Below, one piece after another: positions 50,139-59,560 of a stretch of 64,000 nt of DNA. The position numbers and the translations under genes were made by a program. The notes beneath the pieces are model-generated. The model made no database searches. It was given only the letters and a program-made list of their open reading frames with translations, and was not told the origin of the DNA. Source of the stretch: an uncultured Bacteroidales bacterium (GTDB lineage: Bacteria > Bacteroidota > Bacteroidia > Bacteroidales > GCA-2748055). How positions within the stretch are numbered: position 1 is the first letter of the stretch; the number at the start of each line of letters is the position of its first letter. The DNA lies in contig CAVYRO010000003.1 of NCBI GenBank assembly GCA_963771005.1, positions 868,657 to 932,656 of the forward strand, read 5' to 3'.

Positions 50139-51755
50139 TTAAGCCCTCCATGGCCTGCTTCTGTCTTTTGCTCCGTTATGAGCATCAATGGCCAGGTTGA
50201 CATCATCCACGATCTGGAAATCGTACATTCCCACGCAGATGAAATCTGCGCCGCTGTTGAAGCACCATGGGAAGGCATCTTTCGGGTGCAGGGAACCGGC
50301 TGCAAGGGTTTTGAATGCAATCCAGGGCTGATGCAGGGTTTCCATGTAGCGGACGGTTTCGTTGGGATCGAAGCAATACATGTTATCATGCCAGGTGGGA
50401 GCAGTAGCTGACCAGTAATCGTGAGTGTGAAGGGTTTTCATCCAGAAGTCGTTTTCGAGTCCCAGTTCCACACATTTTTTAATGGTCTCGATCTTATGTG
50501 CCCCGATACCTATGGGCAGGTTGTTTTTTCTGAGGAGATCCATGATCCTGACGATCTTGTCCACTTCGCCGTTCATGATGTAGTAATCAGCTGTTTCGCC
50601 CTGGATATAACCGGCGTTAGCACCGTCGTCGATCGCTTTTTTGACGATATCTTCGTATTTATCAAAGGGCATTGGTTTGATCCCATTGCTGTAATCGAGT
50701 CCTGCGCAGTCGGAGATAAACTGGATCTTTCCGTACCCTTCGTCCCAGTACTCCCTCATTAGAGGCATCACGACAGGGTTTGACAGGAGAGTATTCACGC
50801 CGCATTGTTCTGCCAGCATCAGGGTCTTGAAAATGCGGTCCTTCTGGTGGTAATGCAGAACAAGGGAAGAGACGTAGATAAGGTCACGGGAATGCACATA
50901 GCCACTGAGCAGATTACCGCCGAGAATGATCTTTGAAGCTTCGAGGGTTCCCAGCATTCCGCGGGGGACGCTACCTTTAATGTTCGCAGCTTCATCGAAT
51001 TTCGTGCCTTTCAGGGAGGCAAGGGAGAGGCGGTCACCGCCGGCCTGGATCTGCTGCACGAACCTTTGCGTCGGACCGGTGGCTGCATCAACGAGGTTCT
51101 GTTCCTCCACGCTTTCCATCCGTGTCTTTCGTATGGCACCGTATATAACTGCACCCAGAAAAGGAAGGGTGGCCAGGTGTTTCAGGGCTTCGCGCCTCCT
51201 GATCTGCCTGATATTTCCTGTGACCGTCTCCGTCTCCGGTTGCCCCGAATCCAGCTTATGCACGGGTTTGGAGAAGGCTGAACGAAGAAATCCGTCGATT
51301 CCGAGGAATTTTCCCGTCGGAAAGAACATCAGTATGGCTAGGGCCATGATCTCGAGAAGATCTTTACTGATGAAAAGATAGGAGCCTTCGCGGAAAAACC
51401 CGGGGTCGCTGAAGAATGGCGGATGCGCGACGTAATACAGGAAAAGGAGGGACATTGCAGCCACCTGGGAAATTTTCGTGAGCAGTCCCAGAAATAGTCC
51501 GAAGCCGATCAGTACGAGCCCTGCAATATTCAGGAAATCGATGATACTCACTGCGGAAGGACTCGAGCCCATCGCGTTGAAGAGCCCTGAAAGCGGTCCT
51601 GTGGAGCTCTGTAGAAAGCCTGCGGAGGTCCAGGAGGGATCAAGAAGTTTGACGAGTCCTTCATACAGAAAATGCCAGCCAATGCCGATTCTCAGTATCG
51701 TAAGAAAATAAAATAACCGTTTCTGATTTTCAGGGAAAAGTCCTGTAGTTTTCAT
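50139..51755 (-). CDS. DoxX-family membrane domain fused to a roughly 330-aa uncharacterised soluble domain
   Basis: The N-terminal 160 aa resemble DoxX (ILRIGIGWHFLYEGLVKLLDPSWTSAGFL..). A central RRREALKHLATLPFLGAVIYG segment (Tat-signal-like or TM) follows. The C-terminal domain has no motif I can assign (..IILGGNLLSGYVHSRDLIYV..IGIGAHKIETIKKC..). Confidence 0.6.
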   Translation of the reverse strand: MKTTGLFPENQKRLFYFLTILRIGIGWHFLYEGLVKLLDPSWTSAGFLQSSTGPLSGLFNAMGSSPSAVSIIDFLNIAGLVLIGFGLFLGLLTKISQVAAMSLLFLYYVAHPPFFSDPGFFREGSYLFISKDLLEIMALAILMFFPTGKFLGIDGFLRSAFSKPVHKLDSGQPETETVTGNIRQIRRREALKHLATLPFLGAVIYGAIRKTRMESVEEQNLVDAATGPTQRFVQQIQAGGDRLSLASLKGTKFDEAANIKGSVPRGMLGTLEASKIILGGNLLSGYVHSRDLIYVSSLVLHYHQKDRIFKTLMLAEQCGVNTLLSNPVVMPLMREYWDEGYGKIQFISDCAGLDYSNGIKPMPFDKYEDIVKKAIDDGANAGYIQGETADYYIMNGEVDKIVRIMDLLRKNNLPIGIGAHKIETIKKCVELGLENDFWMKTLHTHDYWSATAPTWHDNMYCFDPNETVRYMETLHQPWIAFKTLAAGSLHPKDAFPWCFNSGADFICVGMYDFQIVDDVNLAIDAHNGAKDRSRPWRA

Positions 51756-51881
51756 TTCGTTGGTTGATAGGTTGGGTAATGAAAAGGCAAGTTACGATCA
51801 ACGGGAACAGTTCCGGAAAAAATGAGACGGAAAATTGACGGAATGGGGAGCTATTTGGAACGGGTAAAAATTGGGGGAAGG

Positions 51882-52476
51882 AATGTAGAACACGGATCCG
51901 GAAGAATTTGTTGATTTGTTGATTTGTTGATTTGTTGAATGGAGTTGAAACCACGTGAAACCATCTTTCTTAATCTGTGATAATCTGTGCAATCTGTGGT
52001 TAAACTCCCCGAGGAATTTGGTGATTTGTTGATTTGTTGATTTGTTGAATGGAGTTGAAACCACGTGAAACCATCTTTCTTAATCTGTGATAATCTGTGC
52101 AATCTGTGGTTAAACTCCCCGAGGAATTTGGTGATTTGTTGATTTGTTGATTTGTTGAATGGAGTTGAAACCACGTGAAACCATCTTTCTTAATCTGTGA
52201 TAATCTGTGCAATCTGTGGTTAAACTCCCCGAGGAATTTGGTGATTTGTTGATTTGTTGATTTGTTGAATGGAGTTGAAACCACGTGAAACCATCTTTCT
52301 TAATCTGTGATAATCTGTGCAATCTGTGGTTAAACTCCCCGAGGAATTTGGTGATTTGTTGATTTGTTGATTTGTTGAATGGAGTTGAAACAACCTGAAA
52401 CAATCCGAAAGAAGAGGGAACACGGATTTGACGGATTCCGATAGCCATATAGCCATCGGAATTCGTGTTCTACATT
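51882..52476. repeat. Higher-order array: 4 full copies plus 1 partial copy of a 110-bp unit, the reverse complement of the 35722-36258 unit type, bounded by imperfect 19-bp inverted repeats
   Basis: GAATTTG phase marks fall at 51904, 52014, 52124, 52234 and 52344, exactly 110 bp apart, and copies 2-4 are identical. The left flank is AATGTAGAACACGGATCCG (51882-51900). The reverse complement of the right flank (52458-52476) is AATGTAGAACACGAATTCC, matching at 16 of 19 positions with the first 13 perfect. Confidence 0.9.
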
Positions 52477-52486
52477 AATCTTCCCT

Positions 52487-52927
52487 TCATTCCTGGTCCA
52501 GCGGCACGATCATCACCGGTATTTTGGATTTATTGATGATATTTTTGGCATTGCTGCCTACGAAGGTCTCATACAGGATGCCGTGGTCATGGTGGCCGAT
52601 GATGACGAGGTCGGTTTTCAGACGCTCCGATTCCGCCAGTATCATTTCCGTTGTGGCGCCCTGTATAAGGAGGCCTTCGGCATCGATGCCGTTCGCTTTC
52701 ATAAGGGAAATGAATTTTTGCAGGAGCCGGTGTTCCTCCCTGAGATCATCGGCACGCACATCCCTGATATATTGTGGTCCTACCTCGTAACCCACAAAAT
52801 CGGGATCCGGAGCAGCTACATGCAGTATCCATACCTTTGCCCCTGACATTTCAGCCAGTTCCGAGGCCATGTCAATAAGACGTGAAAATTTTTCTTCAAA
52901 ATTAACAGAGACAAGAATATTTTTCAT
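52487..52927 (-). CDS. Universal stress protein (UspA family)
   Basis: The 146-aa protein begins MKNILVSVNF and contains ..VWILHV.. and ..DLVIIGHHDHGILYETFVGSNAKNIINKSKIPVMIVP. Confidence 0.85.
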   Translation of the reverse strand: MKNILVSVNFEEKFSRLIDMASELAEMSGAKVWILHVAAPDPDFVGYEVGPQYIRDVRADDLREEHRLLQKFISLMKANGIDAEGLLIQGATTEMILAESERLKTDLVIIGHHDHGILYETFVGSNAKNIINKSKIPVMIVPLDQE

Positions 52928-52938
52928 GCTTTCGTTTT

Positions 52939-54585
52939 TTAAAGCTTACCTGCTTTTTTGAAGGCCTTGTATGCATTCACCACGCCTCCGGTAACCGAGA
53001 GTTCTCCGAAACGGACCAGGTCGTCAGCGGGTGCATCGGTGAAATCGCTCATGGGCAGCAGCACTTTCTGTTTTCGCTGTTTATCGGTCGATTTGAGAAT
53101 AATTGTACGCAATTCGGGGGCTGAAAGTCCGGGGTGGTAGGAGAGGATGAGGGCGGCCACCCCGGCAACGACCGGCGAGGCGAAACTCGTACCGTCGCCC
53201 ATTGTGTATTTATCTCCGGGATAGAGAGAAATGATGTTCACACCGGGAGCGAAGAGATCCACTTCTTTATCTCCGTAATTTGAAAATGAGCCGGGCAGTT
53301 CCTTACCTTGAGACTTTGACGATGCCCCGACGGTGATCCAGTTGTTGACTACTGTTCCGTCATTCAGCCTTTCAACCGGGTAACTTCTTGCGCTGCCAAG
53401 GTCATTTGCATCATTGCCGGCTGCGTGTACGAGAAGGACGTTGTGATCCTGTGCGTACCTGACGGCCTCATCCACGAAATCCTTATGCGGAGAGAAATCC
53501 TTTCCGAAGCTCATATTGATAATATTTGCCCCGTTATCGACTGCATAACGAATAGCGAGGGCAACATCCTTATCGCGTTCATCCCCGTCGGGTACGGCTC
53601 TCACACTCATGATCTCTACGCTGCCGGCAATGCCGTTTATTCCCATGCCATTATCCCTGGAGGCGGCGATAATGCCGGATACAAAGGTGCCGTGAAAGGC
53701 ATCAGGACCAGTTACATCTCCGTTCCCGTAATTTGTATCGGTGATATCATCAGGGTCATCGCCCACAATACTCCTTGAATTAAAATCGGGGTTCAGCTGT
53801 TTGTCCAATCTTGTTGCGATCATTTTCTTCACCTCATCCAGTCCCTCCTGAGTAAATCCGTTCTCATTAAGACTGATGAAGAATTTTTTCACCATATTGA
53901 CATCATCCCTGTCTGTGCTGATATCTTTCACGTCCTCTATGGAAAAGGTGTCTTTGTCGAGAAAATCTTTTATGACCTGGTTTGCATAGGTAAGATTCAT
54001 TTCCAGATTTTCCACATTTGTTCTGATCTTCTGAAATTTCTCCTTCTTTTTTTCATAGGAAGCTATGCACTCCTTATAAAGTTTGTAATCCTCACGGTCC
54101 TCCTTAGCCACATGAAGGATTGTGTCAACATCTCTGAACCGGGGCTCAAGCCGTCTCATGATCCTCACCTCTTCCAGGTTGGCATATTGTACATTTTCAC
54201 CTTCGCTGTTGCCAAGGAAATTCCACCCGTGGATATCATCGACATAGCCGTTTTTGTCATCGTCGACACCATTGCCCGGAATCTCATCTTCATTGACCCA
54301 GATCCTTCCTTTCAGCTCTTCATGGGAGGTATCGACGCCTCCGTCTATTACGGCGACAATTACTTTTTGCCGGGCAGGTTGATTCCCGATGAGTTTTTCA
54401 TAGGTGCGGTCTACAGCGGCTCCCTCAATCTTATCTTTTGCAGGACTTTTATCAAACCAGTTGAGAAAGGATTGATCCAGGGAATCAACTGTAGAAACGG
54501 GAGTAGACTGACTGAAAACCGCTGAGCTTAAAAGCATAAAAAAAAGGGCAGAAGTTGCACCCATTAGGAAGGTTCTGAGATTCAT
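52939..54585 (-). CDS. Secreted S8-family (subtilisin-like) serine peptidase
   Basis: The catalytic triad contexts are VAVIDGGVD (Asp), HGTFVSGIIAA (His) and GTSFASPVVAG (Ser). The N-terminus is a signal peptide. Confidence 0.9.
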   Translation of the reverse strand: MNLRTFLMGATSALFFMLLSSAVFSQSTPVSTVDSLDQSFLNWFDKSPAKDKIEGAAVDRTYEKLIGNQPARQKVIVAVIDGGVDTSHEELKGRIWVNEDEIPGNGVDDDKNGYVDDIHGWNFLGNSEGENVQYANLEEVRIMRRLEPRFRDVDTILHVAKEDREDYKLYKECIASYEKKKEKFQKIRTNVENLEMNLTYANQVIKDFLDKDTFSIEDVKDISTDRDDVNMVKKFFISLNENGFTQEGLDEVKKMIATRLDKQLNPDFNSRSIVGDDPDDITDTNYGNGDVTGPDAFHGTFVSGIIAASRDNGMGINGIAGSVEIMSVRAVPDGDERDKDVALAIRYAVDNGANIINMSFGKDFSPHKDFVDEAVRYAQDHNVLLVHAAGNDANDLGSARSYPVERLNDGTVVNNWITVGASSKSQGKELPGSFSNYGDKEVDLFAPGVNIISLYPGDKYTMGDGTSFASPVVAGVAALILSYHPGLSAPELRTIILKSTDKQRKQKVLLPMSDFTDAPADDLVRFGELSVTGGVVNAYKAFKKAGKL

Positions 54586-54846
54586 CTTATTATTTTTTGA
54601 ATTATGGAATATAAAATTACTATTATTTACCTAAAAACAATGGGATTGCAGGAAAGTTCCGGTCCTCCATTGTAGGGATAGAGGAATGGTTCGCCATCAT
54701 CTACCGGCAATTTCGACCCGGATTGTCGACGGTTGATAAAATTGGGGAAAAGTTCTTTCGAATTAAATTGAAATGCGCTCCGGATTTTAATATCATTACA
54801 AGGATTTGAATATGCGGGGGTTACCGGGTTTTAAATCATTCTATCC

Positions 54847-55224
54847 ATGATCAGCAGTACATTTAATTCCAAACTTGGCATTCTTGAGGTTAAATATTCG
54901 GGAAGGCTTAATTATAGAGAACTAAAAAATTTTAGTGACAGTCTGATGAAAGACAAGAAGATCCCCCGGGAACTGAAGATCCTGACGGATGTTCGTGAGG
55001 GAGAGTACGATCTGAAAGGCAGGGATCTTCCGGAGATACCTGATGCCTCAAACAATATGGCCGGGGCCTTTACCTTTATCAAAGCAGCATTCATCCATAA
55101 CAGGCCCAGGGAAACCGCCCTCTCGCTTATCGCCGAAAAACGCAACACCATTCCAAATTATTTTCACAGGGTATTCTCAACTGAAGAGGCCGCCCTGAGC
55201 TGGTTACTCGGGAACATTCCCTGA
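54847..55224 (+). CDS. Hypothetical protein (125 aa)
   Basis: The ORF has coding-like composition but no recognised motif. Confidence 0.45.
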   Translation: MISSTFNSKLGILEVKYSGRLNYRELKNFSDSLMKDKKIPRELKILTDVREGEYDLKGRDLPEIPDASNNMAGAFTFIKAAFIHNRPRETALSLIAEKRNTIPNYFHRVFSTEEAALSWLLGNIP

Positions 55225-55481
55225 GTTATATCTAGAGCTTACAGATTCCAACGACAAGCTGTACCTGCGTTGAAAAATATTCACAGGTTAAAAACCCTTT
55301 AACAGCTTGAATTTGTTACAATTCCAGATGAATATCCATTCTTTTCCTGAAATATGCTAAACAACGTGGAAATCTGGCCCCAATATTCTGAAATTCAGGG
55401 GTTTTTTTGGCAAAATTCCGGATTTGTACATTTTTTGTATAAGCATTCTCAGTTTCATTAAAAAAGAAAGGGGGAACTATT

Positions 55482-55833
55482 ATGAAAGATCATTCGTTTA
55501 GATGGCAGGACTGGGTCACCCTTTTCGCGGGGATCTGGTTATTTATCAACCCATGGCTGTTTGGATATTACCGGATGGCTTATGCCTGGGACGCTTTTCT
55601 TTTTGGTGCCGTACTTTTCGTTTTTTCAATCTGGGCACTTAGTGACAAGCGGTTTCTGGGAAGAATGGGTCGACTTACTTATAGGAATCTGGGTATTTAT
55701 TTCGCCCTGGGTACTGGGCTTCAATACGAACAGGGGAGCCCTGTGGAACTTTCTTTTTGTAGGCTTTTTCACGATGGTTTTTGCCATCTGGAGCATTGCG
55801 GCTTACCCAAAGGTTTCAACAGCCCAGGCCTGA
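55482..55833 (+). pseudogene. SPW-repeat membrane protein, with a 1-nt insertion near 55656
   Basis: The first repeat (WQDWVTLFAGIWLFINPWLFG) is in ORF 55482..55928. The second repeat (WEEWVDLLIGIWVFISPWVLG) is in ORF 55561..55833 in another frame. The junction CGGTTTCTGGGAA joins cleanly if the C is removed. Confidence 0.7.
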
Positions 55834-55931
55834 TAAAAAGCAGGTATCATTTCTGCATAAGAAGTAAAAACCGGTATGGACATGTACGTATAACATTGCC
55901 CATACCGGTTTTTTGTACAACAGAATGATTA

Positions 55932-56636
55932 TCAGGAATTATCTGCAATATATTCATAGATCATAGCGGCCAGCATTTTATGACCTTCATGGTTAAGGTG
56001 TATGCCGTCGGAGCTGTATTTACTATATTCCGGCTGAAGAGGATTGTAAACATCGATATAGCCGCAACGGTTTTGGTGGGCAATGTCTTTGAAGTAGGGG
56101 ACCAGGTATTTCACCCGTTCGTCAGCTCCCTTATATCTTGAGGGTAATGTCGAATCGGGGCCGAAGGGCAGGGGTGAAAGCACGATGATCCGGGGTGGCC
56201 TGTTCTTAAAACCCGGGAAACTGTTTATCTTGCGGATCAGTTCCCGCAGATGGTTCGGAACGAGGGAAAGTTCCTTATCGAAAATACTCTTGCAATCATT
56301 GGTGCCGAGCGAGACGATGAGATAATCGATCCTGCGGCCACCGATTGAATCGAGGGCATTGTCGAGGTAAATTTCAATGTTACGAAGGGTATTGAGCTTC
56401 TTATTATCCAGGTTGTTAAATCCAAAGGTATTGCCGGGATAGGAGAAATTGAGGATCTTATCACCGGGCAGCTTGTCCCTGAGCTGATAAACCCAACTTT
56501 TATCTTCCGTAGAATTCTGATCGCCGATCACAGCGATATAATGTTTATGATCGCCCGAGCAGGAAACCAGGGTGAGGAACAAGATTGTCATCACAATATT
56601 TGAGGCTTTTCCCTTTAAGAATTTCATGTAGGGCAT
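55932..56636 (-). CDS. SGNH/GDSL-family hydrolase lipoprotein
   Basis: The lipobox is LVSCSG. The SGNH blocks are IAVIGDQNS, SLGTNDC and DGIHLNHEGH. Confidence 0.75.
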   Translation of the reverse strand: MPYMKFLKGKASNIVMTILFLTLVSCSGDHKHYIAVIGDQNSTEDKSWVYQLRDKLPGDKILNFSYPGNTFGFNNLDNKKLNTLRNIEIYLDNALDSIGGRRIDYLIVSLGTNDCKSIFDKELSLVPNHLRELIRKINSFPGFKNRPPRIIVLSPLPFGPDSTLPSRYKGADERVKYLVPYFKDIAHQNRCGYIDVYNPLQPEYSKYSSDGIHLNHEGHKMLAAMIYEYIADNS

Positions 56637-56780
56637 CCATTTTTGTTCCTGACAATTTAAAGCAATTTATCCTATTATTGAAATTTGCAGGAGACTTTTA
56701 ACGTGATCAAGCTGGCAATCCTGTAAAGCGGCCTTTCATCCGGTGGGGAATTTTGAGGCGCAGGGACTGAAACTTCAGTC

Positions 56781-57188
56781 TCAGTTATTACCGATCAATT
56801 CCCGCAACAATTGCTGAATGGTGCAGGAATCGATAGGTTTTTCAAGGTAACCGGCGAAACCGGCAGCCAGGAATCTTTCTTTTTCTTCCGGAATGCAATT
56901 GGCAGTGTGGGCAACAACCGGGATATGATTCTTTTGCTCCCGGATCCTTTCGAAAACTTCGAAGCCATTTTGTCCCGGTAGTCTTATATCCATTAAAACA
57001 AGGTCAACTGCTTTTTCATTCATCATCCTCAATGCAGCCTCACCGTTACCGGCATACAGGATATCAATCCCTGTCCCCCTGAGCATCATCTCAATCAGGC
57101 TGAAGATAAATTCATCATCTTCGACTATAAGTATCGTTTTGCCGCATAATTCACGGACTTCAGCCTCTCCGGCATTGCTTCTTTCCAT
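56781..57188 (-). CDS. Stand-alone response-regulator receiver protein (CheY-like)
   Basis: Receiver motifs are KTILIVEDDEFIF, ..VDLVLMDIRLPGQNG.. and ..VVAHTAN.. The likely start is MERSNAGE at 57188. The gene is downstream of the histidine kinase on the same strand. Confidence 0.85.
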   Translation of the reverse strand: MERSNAGEAEVRELCGKTILIVEDDEFIFSLIEMMLRGTGIDILYAGNGEAALRMMNEKAVDLVLMDIRLPGQNGFEVFERIREQKNHIPVVAHTANCIPEEKERFLAAGFAGYLEKPIDSCTIQQLLRELIGNN

Positions 57189-57422
57189 AAAAATGTCTCT
57201 TTGATTTAAGGATGGAGAAGGAAAAGAACTCACAGCCTCAAACCAGGTATTCAAACTAGAAATTATCAATCTATATTTTACACCAAATTAAATATTAACA
57301 TCCTGATAACAAAAATATGTAATATAAACCAGATAAATATCTTTATAAAAGCGAAAATTATTTTAAAACCAGATGATAATTCACTGGCTCCGTCAGTTCT
57401 GCACCAAATTCGAAGGATATTA

Positions 57423-58970
57423 TCATTCATTCGGCCCGGGCACCATCTCCCTTGCTTTCCGTAAGGTAAAGATAAAGGTGCTTCCTTTTCCTTCCTCACT
57501 CTCTACCATGATCTTTCCTTTATTGACATTCACGAAGTCGCGGCAAAGCACGAGGCCCAGGCCGGTTCCTCGCTCATTGGCTGTTCCCCTTTGCGTCCTG
57601 ACATTTCCTATTTCGAAAAGGTGATCGAGATTTTCAGAACTGATCCCGGTGCCTGTGTCCGAAACCCTGACCCTGATAAATTCATCATTAGGATCTTCTT
57701 CTGCACTAAGCAAGACCTTCCCACCCTGTGGAGTGAATTTCAGTGCATTGGAAACGAGGTTCCTGAGTACCGTGTTTATCATTTCGACATCGGCATAAAC
57801 CCGGATATCCCGGTTTATTTCCGATGAAAAATCAATATTCTTATTCTCAGCGGTTTGCTGGTATAAATTCAGAACCCGGTTCACGCTTTCCTTCAGGTTC
57901 ATCACTGTGGGATTGACCGTGATCGCACCCGTCTTAAATCTGGACCATTCCAGCAGGTTTTCCAGCAGAGTAAAAGTATTTTTTGATATGTCGTAAATAT
58001 TTTTTGTATAGCGAAGTGTATGGCTATTATCAAACTGGTTTACTTTTTCGTGCAGTATCTCGGATGCCATGATGATGGAGGCGAGCGGGCTCCTTAGATC
58101 ATGGGCGATGATGGAAAAAAATTTATCCCGGGTTGCGATCTGTTCCCTGAGTTGTTTGTTGAATTTGTCGATCTCTTCCTGGCTTTTTACAAGGGAGTGG
58201 TAAATAAGCCGCGTAGGACGGATATATCCTGTCTCAATATTGGCCTTGTATATCAGGATGAAGGCGAATAATTTGAAATAATGGCCAAACTGGTTCGCAA
58301 TGCCATAATTTGAAAAATACAGGGTAAACATGTATTCGCTCATCATCGTGAATACAATGGATAAGCCGACAAGAATGAAAATATCCTTTTCAAATGCGCT
58401 CCTGTTCCGGATCAATACGAATAAGGCGAAAAGCAGGATAAGAATGATCACATACTCACTGTATATTTTAAAGTTTGTCTGGCCCACTCCTTCAATATAA
58501 CAGATGGGAAAAAATTTATAGACGAGTATGCTAAGAACGATGAAAGTACTGATTGTCAAGTATATCCCGAATATCATCCAGAAATAGGGTCTGATATTCC
58601 GCCTGATGAAAATAAAGCCGGCGAGAAGCGTCAGGCTTTCAAGAAAACGCGTAGCGATCCAGAACTGGTTGGCATAGAAATGAACAGCCGGAATGATGTT
58701 CGTGCCGGGATAGGTGATGACGTGCATAAGATCCAGGAAACCGATGAAAAGCGATGCTATCCCGAAAAAGAGGAGGTAGTTGTTCTCAAGTATCCTCCTC
58801 AGGTTAAGGGTGAGCATGAAAAGTGAGAAGGCGACAATAATGGCAAAGAGTTCAATTAAGGTATGAAAGAGAAGGTAATTGGTCCTGCCTACAAAATAAA
58901 AAATAAGTATACCCCCTGTAACCAGGAGAACGGGGAAAAGGTATTTAAACAATTGCCTGAAATTTCTCAC
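57423..58970 (-). CDS. Sensor histidine kinase with a multi-pass N-terminal membrane sensor domain
   Basis: There are about 8 TM helices. The H-box is FFSIIAHDLRSPL, and the ATPase boxes are NLVSNALKFTPQGG, DTGTGI and GTGLGL. Confidence 0.9.
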   Translation of the reverse strand: MRNFRQLFKYLFPVLLVTGGILIFYFVGRTNYLLFHTLIELFAIIVAFSLFMLTLNLRRILENNYLLFFGIASLFIGFLDLMHVITYPGTNIIPAVHFYANQFWIATRFLESLTLLAGFIFIRRNIRPYFWMIFGIYLTISTFIVLSILVYKFFPICYIEGVGQTNFKIYSEYVIILILLFALFVLIRNRSAFEKDIFILVGLSIVFTMMSEYMFTLYFSNYGIANQFGHYFKLFAFILIYKANIETGYIRPTRLIYHSLVKSQEEIDKFNKQLREQIATRDKFFSIIAHDLRSPLASIIMASEILHEKVNQFDNSHTLRYTKNIYDISKNTFTLLENLLEWSRFKTGAITVNPTVMNLKESVNRVLNLYQQTAENKNIDFSSEINRDIRVYADVEMINTVLRNLVSNALKFTPQGGKVLLSAEEDPNDEFIRVRVSDTGTGISSENLDHLFEIGNVRTQRGTANERGTGLGLVLCRDFVNVNKGKIMVESEEGKGSTFIFTLRKAREMVPGPNE

Positions 58971-59392
58971 TTCGGATCTGATTACAAAAATTTTTCCTTT
59001 AAAAAAAACTATTTTTTCCTGGAATTTTTCTCCTTTCCACCCGAATAAATATAAATAAAATTAATTGATCCTTACTTAAAACTCCATTATTAACGATTTT
59101 TTTTGATGTAATTATGACTCATTTGCCAATCCTTAGAAAATTTACGGGTCGCATGTAACAAGACGATAACAAATCATCTTCAATTCATATAAATATCTAT
59201 AGCTTTAAATAAAATTTGATTCTGAATACTTTATAATGAATTCTTTTCGAATATTACCATAGAATAAATTCCTATTACAGGAATTATTATTTATTACCTT
59301 TTAAATGGTATGGAAAAGACTTTGATCCGTTCTGGAATAGGGCCGCAGGGTGCAGAAACCGGTTCTCAGAGGAAGCAGTTCTCCGGATAGCG

Positions 59393-59560
59393 TTATTCTT
59401 CCGAAAATGCAGATAAACATTCCGGGCAAAGGCAGTCGTCATACCTGTCCATGATCACGATCATTTCCTTCTTGTGGATCCGGGCAGATTCACACCAGCA
59501 ATCGTTTTCTCCTTCACAGATGAAGTGTTTCGCACAGGAAGGGCATAATTTTTCACTCAT
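59393..59560 (-). CDS. Cysteine-rich CWC-family small protein (55 aa), below the ORF-track cutoff
   Basis: Hand translation gives MSEKLCPSCAKHFICEGENDCWCESARIHKKEMIVIMDRYDDCLCPECLSAFSEE*. Its ATG (59558-59560) overlaps the folB stop (59553-55) in the sequence ATGAGTGA. Confidence 0.7.
   Translation of the reverse strand: MSEKLCPSCAKHFICEGENDCWCESARIHKKEMIVIMDRYDDCLCPECLSAFSEE

Noticed and set aside
8723-55833. Could an alternative genetic code or stop-codon readthrough explain the split genes?
   Set aside because: In every case the downstream half is in a different reading frame, checked by coordinates modulo 3 and by reading the junctions. It is not simply behind an in-frame stop. Codon reassignment therefore cannot repair them; only a 1-nt indel or frameshifting can.
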